NCBI GenBank assembly: GCA_964016885.1 | Contig: OZ024766.1 | Span: forward strand, 18,476,001 to 18,540,000 | Length of the DNA stretch: 64,000 bases | From: Eledone cirrhosa | Taxonomy: Eukaryota | Direction of reading: 5' to 3' | In this document: piece after piece, positions 1 to 16,579 of the stretch | Numbering within the stretch: the stretch's first letter is position 1 | Layout: each line of letters starts with the position of its first letter | Made by a program: the position numbers and the translations under genes | The notes under the pieces: model-generated | Told to the model about the DNA's origin: nothing | What the model saw: only the letters and a program-made list of their open reading frames with translations | Databases searched by the model: none

Positions 1-11
1 CGCACACGCTG

Positions 12-105
<94 letters not shown>

Positions 106-180
106 CACACACGCTGATACACACACACACTCACCACCACTCACCACACACACACCCTCACCACACACATATATTATATA

Positions 181-227
<47 letters not shown>

Positions 228-228
<1 letters not shown>

Positions 229-551
229 TAATATAAGATCAAAAGATGGTTAAAGGAGTTCCATGTATTTTATTATGCGCATTTCAAAAACAAACATCAT
301 CATGCAATAATATTTGTGTTTTCATCAGATAAAACAGGAGGACATGATATGAAGGCTAAAAAACACTTGTGGATAGTGCAGTTTTAAATCAACATATTTG
401 CACTATCCACAAGTGTTTATTAGCCTTCATATCATGTCCTCCTGTTTTATCTGATGAAAACACAAATATTATTGCATGATGATGTTTGTTTTTGAAATGC
501 GCATAATAAAATACATGGAACTCCTTTAACCATCTTTTGTTCTTATATATT
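228..551. repeat. Long palindrome (about 150-bp arms, 18-nt spacer), Penelope pLTR-like
   Basis: About 228-380 is the near-perfect reverse complement of about 399-551. Confidence 0.92.
445..511 (+). ncRNA. Type I hammerhead ribozyme motif, family B (mirror copy at 268-334, minus strand)
   Basis: TTTTAT-CTGATGA-[AAACACAAA...TTTGTTTTT]-GAAA-TGCGCA-TA-ATAAAA; stem I TTTTAT/ATAAAA; palindromic stem III ATGCGCAT; AUA cleavage triplet. Confidence 0.75.
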
Positions 552-636
552 ATGTATACTCCAGTCCTACAAACTGTAGAGTGCTTCTTATCCGATATCT
601 GCATTGCTTTATTGTACTACAATAAAACTCACCTCC

Positions 637-696
<60 letters not shown>

Positions 697-713
697 TATA
701 TACGTATAAATTA

Positions 714-2700
714 CACAAGTTCTCCTATCTCGATGTCATCTCCAGAGATTCTGGTATTGAGATCCAGGACTTTTGGCACCAGCAATGAACGACAGACCCA
801 CTATGAGGCTGTGTCCCCATTAGTACTCAAGCTGTCACTAATAACAGGGGGCACAAGCTCTCCTATCCTGATTTGCTGGCCACTGCCATCGTGCCACCTC
901 TGAGGCTGTGTCCCTATTAGTGCTTTAGAAGCCACAAGCAGTCACTAATAACAGGGGACACAAGCTCTCCTATCCCGGTTTGCTGGCCACTGCCATCGTG
1001 CCACCTCTGAGGCTGTGTCCCCATTAGTGCTTTAGAAGCCACAAGCAGTCACTAATAACAGGGGACACAAGCTCTCCTATCCCGATTTGCTGGCCACTGC
1101 CATCGTGCCACCTCTGAGGCTGTGTCCCTATTAGTGCTTTAGAAGCCACAAGCAGTCACTAATAACAGGGGACACAAGCTCTCCTATGCTGATTTGCTGG
1201 TCACTGCCATCGTGCCACCTATGAGGCTGTGTCCCTATTAGTGCTTTAGCAGCCACAAGCAGTCACTAATAACAGGGGGCACAAGCTCTCCTATCCCGAT
1301 CTGCTGGCCACCTATGAGGCTGTGTCCCTATTAGTACACGATAGACCACAAGCAGTCACTAATAACAGGGGACACAAGCTCTCCTATCCTGATTTGCTGG
1401 CCACCTATGAGGCTGTGTCCCTATTAGTGCTTTAGAAGCCACAAGCAGCCACTAATAACAGGGGACACAAGGTCTCCTATCCCGATTTGCTGGCCACTGC
1501 CATCGTGCCACCTCTGAGGCTGTGTCCCTATTAGTACTCGGTAGACCACAAGCAGTCACTAATAACAGGGGACACAAGCTCTCCTATCCCGATCTGCTGG
1601 CCACCTATGAGGCTGTGTCCCTATTAATACTCGGTAGACCACAAGCAGTCACTAATAACAGGGGCACAAGCTCTCCTATCCCGATTTGCTGGCCACTGCC
1701 ATCGTGCCACCTCTGAGGCTGTGTCCCTATTAGTGCTTTAGAAGCCACAAGCAGTCACTAATAACAGGGGACACAAGCTCTCCTATCCTGATTTGCTGGC
1801 CACTGCCATTGTGCCACCTCTGAGGCTGTGCTCCCATTAGTGCTTTAGCAGCCACAAGCAGTCACTAATAACAGGGGGCACATGCTCTCCTATCCCGATT
1901 TGCTGGCCACTGCCATCGTGCCACCTCTGAGGCTGTGTCCCTATTAGTGCTTTAGAAGCCACAAGCAGTCACTAATAACAGGGGACACAAGCTCTCCTAT
2001 CCTGATTTGCTGGCCACTGCCATCGTGCCACCTATGAGGCTGTGTCCCTATTAGTGCTTTAGAAGCCACAAGCAGTCACTAATAACAGGGGGCACAAGCT
2101 CTCCTATCCTGATTTGCTGGCCACCTATGAGGCTGTGTCCCTATTAGTGCTTTAGAAGCCACAAGCAGTCACTAATAACAGGGGACACAAGCTCTCCTAT
2201 CCCGGTTTGCTGGCCACTGCCATCGTGCCCCCTCTGAGGCTGTGTCCCTATTAGTGCTTTAGAAGCCACAAGCAGTCACTAATAACAGGGGACACAAGCT
2301 CTCCTATCCCGATTTGCTGGCCACTGCCATCGTGCCACCTATGAGGCTGTGTCCCTATTAGTGCTTTAGAAACCACAAGCAGTCACTAATAACAGGGGAC
2401 ACAAGCTCTCCTATCCCGATCTGCTGGCCACCTATGAGGCTGTGTCCCTATTAGTGCTTTAGAAGCCACAAGCAGTCACTAATAACAGGGGACACAAGCT
2501 CTCCTATCCTGATTTTCTGGCCACTGCCATCGTGCCACCTCTGAGGCTGTGTCCCTATTACTGCTTTAGAAGCCACAACCGGTCCCTAATAACCGGGGTC
2601 ACAAGCTCTCCTATCTCGAAGTCATCTCCAGAGATTCTGGTATTGAGGTCCAGGACTTGGCACCAGCATGGAACGACAGACCCACTTGGGGATCAACTGT
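714..2700 (+). repeat. Minisatellite of 93-107 bp units (about 17-18 copies) derived from the 3' end of an RTE-like LINE ORF
   Basis: Unit translates FAGHCHRATSEAVSLLVL*KPQAVTNNRGHKLSYPD; the flanking direct repeat (714-802, 2600-2686) reads DVISRDSGIE. Confidence 0.8.
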
Positions 2701-3094
2701 TGGGTCCGTTTCGACTGAGGCCTCCGGACGATGAGGGTGGCGGTGAGGGTATCGAGGTGTGAGGTGGAGATGGGGTGGTGGCCTGCGAGAGATAAAAGGT
2801 AGAGGGGTGAGACAGGAGGTGTACACAGGTGCCAACAGGCTACTCTAGCTCGTACCGATTACATCCAATTTACTCAGGGTAATGACCCTGAGCTGATTAC
2901 ATAGACACAGGTGACCCAGCAGCTGTAGTTGTTTGTCAGCGAATCTTCTTCCTCTACGCCCCGACCCTCTCTGTCAACGTAACCCCCCACCCCCTCGCCT
3001 CGACCCGTGGGGTGTGTAGTGGTGGTGGGGGAGAGATTCTGCTTTTGATATTGAGCCAAATTAAAGGGTAACACAGACATGTCAGATATTTAAA

Positions 3095-3143
3095 CACATA
3101 TATATACATACATGTGTGTGGGTATATATATGTATATATGTAC

Positions 3144-3175
<32 letters not shown>

Positions 3176-3187
3176 GTGTGTGTGTGT

Positions 3188-3241
<54 letters not shown>

Positions 3242-3413
3242 GTGTGTATATATATGTATATATATGTATATATATGTGTATATATATGTATATATATGTA
3301 TATATATGTGTATATATATGTGTATATATATGTATATATATGTGTATATATATGTATATATATATGTATATATATGTGTGTATATATATATGTGTGTATA
3401 TATATGTATATAT

Positions 3414-3486
<73 letters not shown>

Positions 3487-3745
3487 TGTATATATATGTG
3501 TATGTATATATATATGTATATGTGTGTGTATATGTATATATATATATATGTATGTATATGTGTGTGTATATATATATATATATATATGTGTGTACATACA
3601 CATATATACATGTATATATATATATATATATGTATGTGTGTCTATATATATATGTATATATATATATATATGTATGTGTGTATGTATATATATGTGTACA
3701 TACACATATATACATGTGTATATGCATACATTTATATATACACAT

Positions 3746-3800
<55 letters not shown>

Positions 3801-3885
3801 CACACAATGTATGTATTATCTTTGAGATAATGTTTCATTTGCATATTAAATGTTACATATGTTTACCCTATATATAAATATATAT

Positions 3886-3937
<52 letters not shown>

Positions 3938-3950
3938 ATATATATGTATG
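3095..3950. repeat. (TA)n/(TATG)n compound microsatellite
   Basis: Direct inspection. Confidence 0.95.
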
Positions 3951-4225
3951 TCATCATCATCATCATCATCACCGTTTTACGTCCGTTCTTCCACGCTAGC
4001 ATGGGTTAGACGGGTTGTCCTGTTGTGGGCAGTGTCTGGTCGGCTGACCATGCCTTGCTCATACAGGAACTGATCTGGCTTGATTTCTACAGCTGGATGC
4101 CCTTCCTAACACCAACCTCATTTACAGTGAGTGCTGGGTGCTTTTTCGTGGCGCCTACACGTCCACTTTACAGTGTGGGCTGGGTGCTTTTTTGCCGTGG
4201 CACCTCCACGACCACCTTGCGGTGG
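3950..4225 (-). mobile_element. 3' tail fragment of a SINE/RTE family
   Basis: ctacagctggatgcccttcctaacaccaacc and the (CAT)n tail are shared with the elements at 17164, 41645 and 47365. Confidence 0.7.
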
Positions 4226-4262
4226 GGGGGGGGGGGGGGGGGGGGCATATTGTTTATATGCT

Positions 4263-4575
4263 TCAGCATGTACCCATGGGAGGTCGGGTACCCTGTATTA
4301 CTGCGTGACGCCAGAAGTCACGGTCGTGTGTCATTGACTTTGAGAGGTGTAGTTGGGTAAGGTCGGCTTTTATCACCTCATCCCAAGTCATCTTGGGTCT
4401 CCCCACTCCGCGGTTTCCATCAACTTCTAGTGCTCTGCACCTTTTTATGCAGCTGTCATCCTTCATACGCATCACATGTCCATACCAGCGTAACCGCCTC
4501 TCCTGCACGCAGCATTTGATTCCTCTTATGCTCAGTCTCTCTCTCAATTCATTTATGCTTTGTCGTTCACGTATA
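4263..4575 (-). mobile_element. RTE-clade LINE, ORF C-terminal fragment
   Basis: [32 protein letters not shown]...[10 protein letters not shown]. Confidence 0.9.
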
Positions 4576-4577
4576 TT

Positions 4578-4731
4578 ACTGTATGTATGTATATATATAT
4601 GTATGTGTATGTATGTATATATATATGTATGTATATGTATGTATATATGTATGTATGTATATGTATGTATATATATATGTATGTATATGTATGTATGTAT
4701 ATATATATGTATGTATATGTATGTATGTATG

Positions 4732-4771
<40 letters not shown>

Positions 4772-5145
4772 TATGTATGTATGTATATGTATGTATATAT
4801 ATATATGTATGTATGTATATGTATGTATATGTATGTATGTATATGTATGTATATGTATGTATATATATATGTATGTATGTATATGTATGTATATATATAT
4901 GTATGTATGTATATGTATGTATGTGTATGTATGGATATATATATATGTATGTATGTATATGTATGTATATATATATGTATATATATATATGTGTATGTAT
5001 ATGTATATATGTGTATGTATGTGTATATATGTGTATGTATATATATATATGTATATATGTATATGTATATATGTGTATGTATATATATATGTGTGTATGT
5101 ATGTGTATGTATATGTATATATATGTATATATGTGTATGTATATA

Positions 5146-5188
<43 letters not shown>

Positions 5189-5232
5189 GTATGTGTATAT
5201 ATATATATATATATATATGTGTGTATGTATGT

Positions 5233-5268
<36 letters not shown>

Positions 5269-5620
5269 ATGTATGTATGTATATATATATATGTATGTAT
5301 GTGTGTGTATGTATGTATGTATATATATGTATGTATGTGTGTGTGTGTATGTATGTATGTATATATATATATATGTATGTATGTGTATGTATGTATGTAT
5401 ATATATATATGTATGTATGTGTGTGTATGTATGTATATATATATATATGTATGTGTGTGTATGTATGTATGTATATATATATATATATGTATGTATGTGT
5501 GTGTATGTATGTATATATATATATATGTATGTATGTGTGTGTATGTATGTATATATATATATATATGTATGTATGTGTATGTATGTATGTATGTATATAT
5601 ATATATATGTATATATATCA
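4578..5620. repeat. (TATG)n/(TA)n microsatellite
   Basis: Direct inspection. Confidence 0.95.
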
Positions 5621-5699
5621 TCATCTTCGTTTAACGTCCGTTTTCCACGCTAGCATGGGTTAGACGGGAGTTGTCCCACTTGAGGCAAGGTTTGGTTGG

Positions 5700-6720
5700 G
5701 TGACCTGAGAACTATAAGGCAACTTAACCACATTGTTATATTTTGATAAAGGTACCTTTTCCCTGAAATATATCAGGACCTGAGAACTATAAGGCAACTT
5801 AACCACATTGTTATATTTTGATAAAGGTACCTTTTCCCTGAAATATATCAGGACCTGAGAACTATAAGGCAACTTAACCACATTGTTATATTTTGATAAA
5901 GGTATCTTTCCCTGAAATATATCAGGACCTGAGAACTATAAGGCAACTTAACCACATTGTTATATTTTGATAAAGGTATCTTTCCCTGAAATATATAAGG
6001 ACCTGAGAACTATAAGGTTACACAGCCAACATCATCATCATCATCGTCGTTTAACGTCTGTCTTCCACACTAGCAGCCAACATTATTTTTATATTTTCAA
6101 AAGGTGGTGGATTGGCAGTATCGGTAGAAGGTCGGACGCCATGCTTTGACGCAAAGAGTTACAGCCCTTTCCATTCTGAGTTCAAATCCCGCCGAAGTTA
6201 ACTTTTCCTTTCATCCTTACGGGGTCGATAAAATAAAGTACCAGTAATGAACTGGGTAATTGCTGGACTTGTGCCAAAAGTAGAAACAATTATTTTTATA
6301 TTTTCATAAAGGTATCTTTTCCCTGAAATATATAAGGATCTGAGAACTATAAGGCAACTTAACCAACATTGTTATATTTTGATAAAGGTATCTTTTCCCT
6401 GAAATATATAAGGATCTGAGAACTATAAGGCAACTTAACCAACATTGTTATATTTTGATAAAGGTATCTTTTCCCTGAAATATATAAGGATCTGAGAACT
6501 ATAAGGCAACTTAACCAACATTGTTATATTTTGATAAAGGTATCTTTTCCCTGAAATATATAAGGATCTGAGAACTATAAGGCAACTTAACCAACATTGT
6601 TATATTTTGATAAAGGTATCTTTTCCCTGAAATATATAAGGATCTGAGAACTATAAGGCAACTTAACCAACATTGTTATATTTTGATAAAGTATCTTTTC
6701 CCTGAAAACTACAAGGTTAC
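5700..6720. repeat. Minisatellite of about 71-73 bp (ctgagaactataaggcaacttaaccaacattgttatattttgataaaggtatc...), array 1
   Basis: Tandem copies interrupted by a SINE; the same array recurs at 8840-10800. Confidence 0.93.
6103..6290 (+). mobile_element. tRNA-derived SINE with Nin/Deu-like domain (identical copies at about 9476-9665 and 10418-10605)
   Basis: B-box-like gagttcaaatcc followed by cctttcatccttacggggtcgataaaataaagtaccagt, a motif I recognise from the abundant octopus SINE. Confidence 0.8.
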
Positions 6721-6849
6721 ATAACCAACTTCATTGTCATATTTTTAACAGTAACTGTACGATTTCTATTGTCGTAGATTTTAAACAAAACAAAGCTTTA
6801 TTTTATGTATTTTATGCGATGTTTCAAGGTAAGTTTACAACACCTGCTT

Positions 6850-7814
6850 CACACACCTACACCACACACACCTCCTCCACACACACCACCACCACCACAC
6901 CACCACCTAACACTGTCATTTCACACCACTATCGTTAACAACAAGAACACTATCTCCCCACCACCACCACCACCACCACCATCACCACACACACTATCAT
7001 TACACAACACCCACAACCACACCACTACCACACCACCACCACCTCAACCACCCCACACCACTACCAGTACCAACACCATCACCACCACTACACCACCACC
7101 ACCACCACCACCACTACACAACCACTACACCACCACCACCACTACACCACCAACACCACTACACCACAACCAACATCACCACCACCACACCACACCACCA
7201 CACCACAAACACCACCACCACCACCACACTACCACCACTACACTACCACCACACCACCACACCACCACCACCACCACCACAACAACAACACACCACTACA
7301 CAACCACTACACCACCACCACCACTACACCACCAACATCACCACCACTACACCACACCACCACACCACCACCACCACCACACCACACCACCACCACACCA
7401 CCACACCACCACCACCACCACCCCCTCTAAGCCAACAAAACTAAGTCAACCACAATATTCTATTATATTTAATCTCCCCCCCCCCCCCACCACCACCACC
7501 ACCCCTATTTCACTGCCCTCCCCTCCACCACCACCACTACACCACCACCGCTCCTCTAACCCCCCCCCCCCCCCAACACACACCCCTATTTCACTGCCCT
7601 CCCCTCCACCACCACCACTACACCACCACCGCTCCTCTAATCCCCCCCCCACACACCCCTATTTCACTGCCCCTCCCCTCCACCACCACCACTACACCAC
7701 CACCACTCCTCTACCACACCCCACCACCACCACCCCTATTTCACTCCCCTCCCTCTCCACATTCCTCTAGCTAATCCCCACCCTCTCTCCTTAACACAGT
7801 CTTCCCCTCTTTCT

Positions 7815-7846
<32 letters not shown>

Positions 7847-7910
7847 CCTTCACTTCCCCTCCCCCCTCTTTCTCTGTCTCTCTCTAACACACACTATCTC
7901 TGTTTCTCCC

Positions 7911-7962
<52 letters not shown>

Positions 7963-7987
7963 ACACACACTGTCTCTGTTTCTCCCC

Positions 7988-8024
<37 letters not shown>

Positions 8025-8595
8025 CTTAAGTCTTTCCGCTTTCTCTCCCCCTCCCTCCCTCTACCCCTCCCCCTCCTTCTCTGTCTCTCTCTCTCTCTTC
8101 CCCTCTCTCCCTAACACACTGTCTGTCCCCTTCTCTCTCTCCTTAACACTCTGTCATTCCCCCCCTCTCTAAACTCTGTCTCTGTCTCACCCCCTCTTTA
8201 CTCCCCCCTCTCTCTCTTCCTATCTTTCCCTGTCTCTGTCCCCTCCCCCCTCACTCTCTTGATCATTAACATCTAACTCACTCACCTGGATTTACCTGAC
8301 CACCTGGGTATATTTTTACCTGTATATTCTTCGTTCTCTCTCTCTGTCTCTCTCTCTCTCTCTATCTCTGTCTGTCTCTCTCTCTGTCTCTCTCTCTCTC
8401 TCTCGATCTCTGTCTCTCTGTGTCTCTCTCTGTCTATCTATCTCTCTCTCTCTGTCTGTCTCTCTCTCTCTATCTCTGTCTGTCTCTCTGTCTCTCTCTC
8501 TCGATGTCTGTCTGTCTGTCTGTCTCTCTCTAGATCTCTCTCTCGATCTCTCTCTGTCTATCTATCTCTCTCTCTCTGTCTGTCTCTCTCTCTCT
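6850..8595. repeat. (CAC)n and (CT)n low-complexity tracts
   Basis: Direct inspection; duplicated at about 10935-12800. Confidence 0.9.
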
Positions 8596-8795
8596 NNNNN
8601 NNNNNNNNNNNNNNNNNNNNNNNNNNNNNNNNNNNNNNNNNNNNNNNNNNNNNNNNNNNNNNNNNNNNNNNNNNNNNNNNNNNNNNNNNNNNNNNNNNNN
8701 NNNNNNNNNNNNNNNNNNNNNNNNNNNNNNNNNNNNNNNNNNNNNNNNNNNNNNNNNNNNNNNNNNNNNNNNNNNNNNNNNNNNNNNNNNNNNNN
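8596..8795. other. Assembly gap (200 N)
   Basis: Run of n. Confidence 1.
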
Positions 8796-8839
8796 ATGGG
8801 TTAGATGGGAGTTGTCCCACTTGAGGCAAGGTTTGGTTG

Positions 8840-10800
8840 GGTGACCTGAGAACTATAAGGCAACTTAACCACATTGTTATATTTTGATAAAGGTATCTTT
8901 TCCCTGAAATATATAAGGATCTGAGAACTATAAGGCAACTTAACCAATATTGTTATATTTTGATAAAGGTATCTTTTCCCTGAAATATATAAGGATCTGA
9001 GAACTATAAGGCAACTTAACCAATATTGTTATATTTTGATAAAGGTATCTTTTCCCCTGAAATATATAAGGATCTGAGAACTATAAGGCAACTTAACCAC
9101 ATTGTCATATTTTGATAAAGGTATCTTTCCCTGAAATATATAAGGATCTGAGAACTATAAGGCAACTTAACCAACATTGTCATATTTTGATAAAGGTATC
9201 TTTCCCTGAAATATATAAGGACCTGAGAACTATAAGGCAACTTAACCAACATTGTCATATTTTTGATAAAGGTATCTTTTCCCTGAAATATATAAGGATC
9301 TGAGAACTATAAGGCAACTTAACCAACATTGTCATATTTTGATAAAGGTATCTTTCCCTGAAATATATAAGGACCTGAGAACTATAAGGTTACACAGCCA
9401 ACATCATCATCATCATCGTCGTTTAACGTCTGTCTTCCACACTAGCAGCCAACATTATTTTTATATTTTCAAAAGGTGGTGGATTGGCAGTATCGGTAGA
9501 AGGTCGGACGCCATGCTTTGACGCAAAGAGTTACAGCCCTTTCCATTCTGAGTTCAAATCCCGCCGAAGTTAACTTTTCCTTTCATCCTTACGGGGTCGA
9601 TAAAATAAAGTACCAGTAATGAACTGGGTAATTGCTGGACTTGTGCCAAAAGTAGAAACAATTATTTTTATATTTTCATAAAGGTATCTTTTCCCTGAAA
9701 TATATAAGGATCTGAGAACTATAAGGCAACTTAACCAACATTGTTATATTTTGATAAAGGTATCTTTTTCCCTGAAATATATAAGGATCTGAGAACTATA
9801 AGGCAACTTAACCAACATTGTTATATTTTGATAAAGGTATCTTTTCCCTGAAATATATAAGGATCTGAGAACTATAAGGCAACTTAACCAACATTGTTAT
9901 ATTTTGATAAAGGTATCTTTTCCCTGAAATATATAAGGACCTGAGAACTATAAGGCAACTTAACCAACATTGTTATATTTTGATAAAGGTATCTTTTCCT
10001 GAAATATATAAGGACCTGAAAACTATAAGGCAACTTAACTAACATTGTTATATTTTGATAAAGGTATCTTTTCCCTGAAATATATAAGGACCTGAAAACT
10101 ATAAGGCAACTTAACTAACATTGTTAATTTTGATAAAGGTATCTTTTCCCTGAAATATATAAGGATCTGAGAACTATAAGGCAACTTAACCAACATTGTT
10201 ATATTTTGATAAAGGTATCTTTTCCTGAAATATATAAGGATCTGAGAACTATAAGGCAACTTAACCAATATTGTTATATTTTGATAAAGGTATCTTTTCC
10301 CTGAAATATATAAGGACCTGAAAACTATAAGGTTACACAGCCAACATCATCATCATCATCGTCGTTTAACGTCTGTCTTCCACACTAGCAGCCAACATTA
10401 TTTTTATATTTTCAAAAGGTGGTGGATTGGCAGTATCGGTAGAAGGTCGGACGCCATGCTTTGACGCAAAGAGTTACAGCCCTTTCCATTCTGAGTTCAA
10501 ATCCCGCCGAAGTTAACTTTTCCTTTCATCCTTACGGGGTCGATAAAATAAAGTACCAGTAATGAACTGGGTAATTGCTGGACTTGTGCCAAAAGTAGAA
10601 ACAATTATTTTTATATTTTCATAAAGGTATCTTTTCCCTGAAATATATAAGGATCTGAGAACTATAAGGCAACTTAACCAACATTGTTATATTTTGATAA
10701 AGGTATCTTTTCCCTGAAATATATAAGGACCTGAGAACTATAAGGCAACTTAACCAACATTGTTATTTTTGATAAAGGTATCTTTTCCCTGAGAACTATA
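8840..10800. repeat. Minisatellite of about 72 bp, array 2, with two embedded SINE copies
   Basis: Same unit as 5700-6720. Confidence 0.93.
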
Positions 10801-11787
10801 AGGTTACATAACCAACTTCATTGTCATATTTTTAACAGTAACTGTACGATTTCTATTGTCGTAGATTTTAAACAAAACAAAGCTTATTTTATGTATTTTA
10901 TGCGATGTTTTCAAGGTAAGTTTACAACACCTGCTTCACACACCTACACCACACACACCTCCTCCACACACACCACCACCACCACACCACCACCTAACAC
11001 TGTCATTTCACACCACTATCGTTAACAACAAGACACTATCTCCCCACCACCACGACCACCACCACCATCACCACACACACTATCATTACACAACACCCAC
11101 AACCACACCACTACCACACACCACCACCTCAACCACCCCTCACCACTACCAGTACAACACCATCACCACCACTACACCACCACACCACCACTACACAACC
11201 ACTACACACCACCACCACCACCACTACACCACCAACACCACAACCAACATCACCACACCACACCACACCACCACCACCACACCACAAACACCACCACACC
11301 ACCACACTACCACCACTACACTACCACCACACCACCACACACCACCACCCACCACCACTACACCTCAACACCACTACACCACCACCATCACCACCACTAC
11401 ACCACACCACACACCACCACACCACCACCCACACCACACCACCACCACACCACCACACCACCACCACCACCCCTCTAAGCCAACAAAACTAAGTCAACCA
11501 CAATATTCTATTATATTTAATCTCCCCCCCCCCCCCACCACCTACCACCCTATTTCACTGCCCTCCCCTCCACCACCACCACCACGTCCTCTTACCACCC
11601 CACCACCACCACCCCTATTTCACTTGCCCTCCGCCACTGCTCTCCACATTCCTCTAGCTAATCCCCACCCTCTCTCCTTAACACAGTCTTCCCCTCTTTC
11701 TCCCACTCTCTCTCTCTCTCCCCTTCACTTCCCCTCCCCCCTCTCTCTCTCTGTCTCTCTCTAACACTCACTGTCTCCGTTTCTACC

Positions 11788-11845
<58 letters not shown>

Positions 11846-12107
11846 TCTCTCTCTCAACACACAGTCTTCCCCTCTCTCTCTCCCACTCTCTCTCTCTTTC
11901 TCTCTCTCTAACACACACTGTCTCTGTTTCTCCCCCTCTCTCTCTCTCTCTCTCTCAACACACAGTCTTCCCCTCTCTCTCTCCCACTCTCTCTCTCTTT
12001 CTCTCTAACACACACTGTCTCTGTTTCTCCCCCCCTCTCTCTCTCTCTCTCTCTCAACACACAGTCTTCCCCTCTCTCTCTGCTCTCTCTCAACACACAG
12101 TCTTCCC

Positions 12108-12155
<48 letters not shown>

Positions 12156-12181
12156 AACACACACTGTCTCTGTTTCTCCCC

Positions 12182-12212
<31 letters not shown>

Positions 12213-12524
12213 CCCTTAAGTCTTTCCGCTTTCTCTCCCCCTCCCTCCCTCTACCCCTCCCCCTCCTTCTCTGTCTCTCTCTCTCTCTTCCCCTCTCTCC
12301 CTAACACACTGTCTGTCCCCCTTCTCTCTCTCCTTAACACTCTGTCATTCCCCCCCCTCTCTAAACTCTGTCTCTGTCTCACCCCCTCTTTACTCCCTCC
12401 TCTCTCTCTTCCTATCTTTCCCTGTCTGTGTCCCCTCCCCCCTCACTCTCTTGATCGTTAACATCTAACTCACTCACCTGGATTTACCTGACCACCTGGG
12501 TATATTTTTACCTGTATATTCTTC

Positions 12525-14525
<2,001 letters not shown>

Positions 14526-14574
14526 TCCGTCCCACCCTTGCAAGCAGGGAAAGCGGACATAAAATGATGATGAT

Positions 14575-15565
14575 GATACATATACACATGCGTATATACA
14601 CATATATACATATCTATACATATACATACATATATACACATATATACATTATACACACATATACATACATATATACACATATATACATATATATATACAC
14701 ATATACATACATATATACACATATATACATATTTATACACACCTATACATACATATATACACATATATACATATATATACATACATATATACACATATAT
14801 ACATATTTATACACACCTATACATACATATATACACATATATACATATATATACACACCTATACATACATATATACACATATATACATATTTATACACAC
14901 CTATACATACATATATACACATATATACATATATATACATACATATATACACATATATACATATTTATACACACCTATACATACATATATACACATATAT
15001 ACATATATATACACACCTATACATACATATATACACATATATACATATTTATACACACCTATACATACATATATACACATATATACATATATATATACAC
15101 ACATATACATGCATATATATACACACATATACATATATATACATATATACATATATATACACACATATACATACATATATACACATATATACATATATAC
15201 ATATATATACATATATACATATATATACATATATACATATATATACACACCTATACATACATATATACACATATATACATATATATACACACATATACAT
15301 ACATATATACACATATATACATATATATACACACATATACATACATATATACACATATATACATATATATACACACATAAACATATATATACACACATAT
15401 ACATATATATACACACATATACATACATATATACACATATATACATATATACATATATATACATATATACATATATATACACACATATACATACATATAT
15501 ACATATTTATACATATATACATATATATACATATATACATATATATACATATATACATATATATA
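14575..15565. repeat. (TA/CA)n compound microsatellite
   Basis: Direct inspection. Confidence 0.95.
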
Positions 15566-15614
15566 ACTTACTTTGATAGGTTTTGGCCATTTTGGTTAAA
15601 GTAGAGAGCAAAAT

Positions 15615-16572
15615 TGTATGTAAAATCCCCCGGCATGTCTTTGTTTTGTCCCCTTTTCTTGTGCGCCCTTGTGGCTCATAAAGAAATATATCTATTTATC
15701 TATCTTCTCTCCGGACAACCCATTCCCTTCTTTAGGTACCACTTTAGAAGGAGAATCAGGGTGGAGAGAGAGAGGCACTGCACCCCAGTAAATTTACTGA
15801 AAGGTGGGTGAATGTGCCAACAATGGCCCGAGTGATTGGGCCTTCTCTGTATATAAACCTGTAGGTTGAAGAAGAGAGCAAAAGGAAGAAAGGCGTACTT
15901 GCACAACTCTCTATTCGTCTATCTGTCTTTCTCTCCAGCCAACAACCCATTCCCTTCTTTAGGTACCACTTTAGAAGGAGAATCAGAGTGGAGAGAGAGA
16001 GGCACTGCACCCCAGTAAATTTACTGAAAGGTGGGTGAATGTGCCAACAATGGCCCGAGTGATTGGGCCTTCTCTGTATATAAACCTGTAGGTTGAAGAA
16101 GAGAGCAAAAGGAAGAAAGGAGCACTTGCACAACTCTCTATTCATCTATCTATCTAGTTATCTATCTATCTGTTTTTCTCTCTGGACAACAACCCATTCC
16201 CTTCTTTAGGTACCACTTTAGAAGGAGAATCAGGGTGGAGAGAGAGAGGCACTGCACCCCAGTAAATTTACTGAAAGGTGTGTGAATGTGACAACAATGG
16301 CCCGAGTGATTGGGCCTTCTCTGTATATAAACCTGAAGGTTGAAGAAGAGAGCAAAAGGAAGAAAGGAGCACTTGCACAACACACTCCTGAAGTTGAGGG
16401 TTGTTCTATCTACGGGGTATTAAACAACCCATTTGTGGGGCCTCCCCGCCTATTGGGGATTTCGATTGTTGTATTTGTTTGTTTCATATTTTTACACGAC
16501 TGTATGTAAAATCCCCGGCATGTCTTTGTTTTGACCCCTTTTCTTGTGCGCCCCTGTGGCTAATAAAGAAAT
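15615..16572 (+). mobile_element. Tx1/L1-like LINE 3' ends, tandemly repeated
   Basis: FFRYHFRRRIRVERE C-terminal remnant; 3' UTR ends ggctaataaagaaa and is followed by TCTA repeats. Confidence 0.72.
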
Positions 16573-16579
16573 CTATCTA

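Noticed and set aside
800-2610. CRISPR-like array
   Set aside because: Whole units repeat with no unique spacers; eukaryotic context; no cas genes.
2954-5663. Long YI/HT/VC-rich ORFs (also 12616-15604, 17838-20283, 25838-27480, 57493-58215)
   Set aside because: Translations of stop-poor microsatellites; no protein-like complexity.
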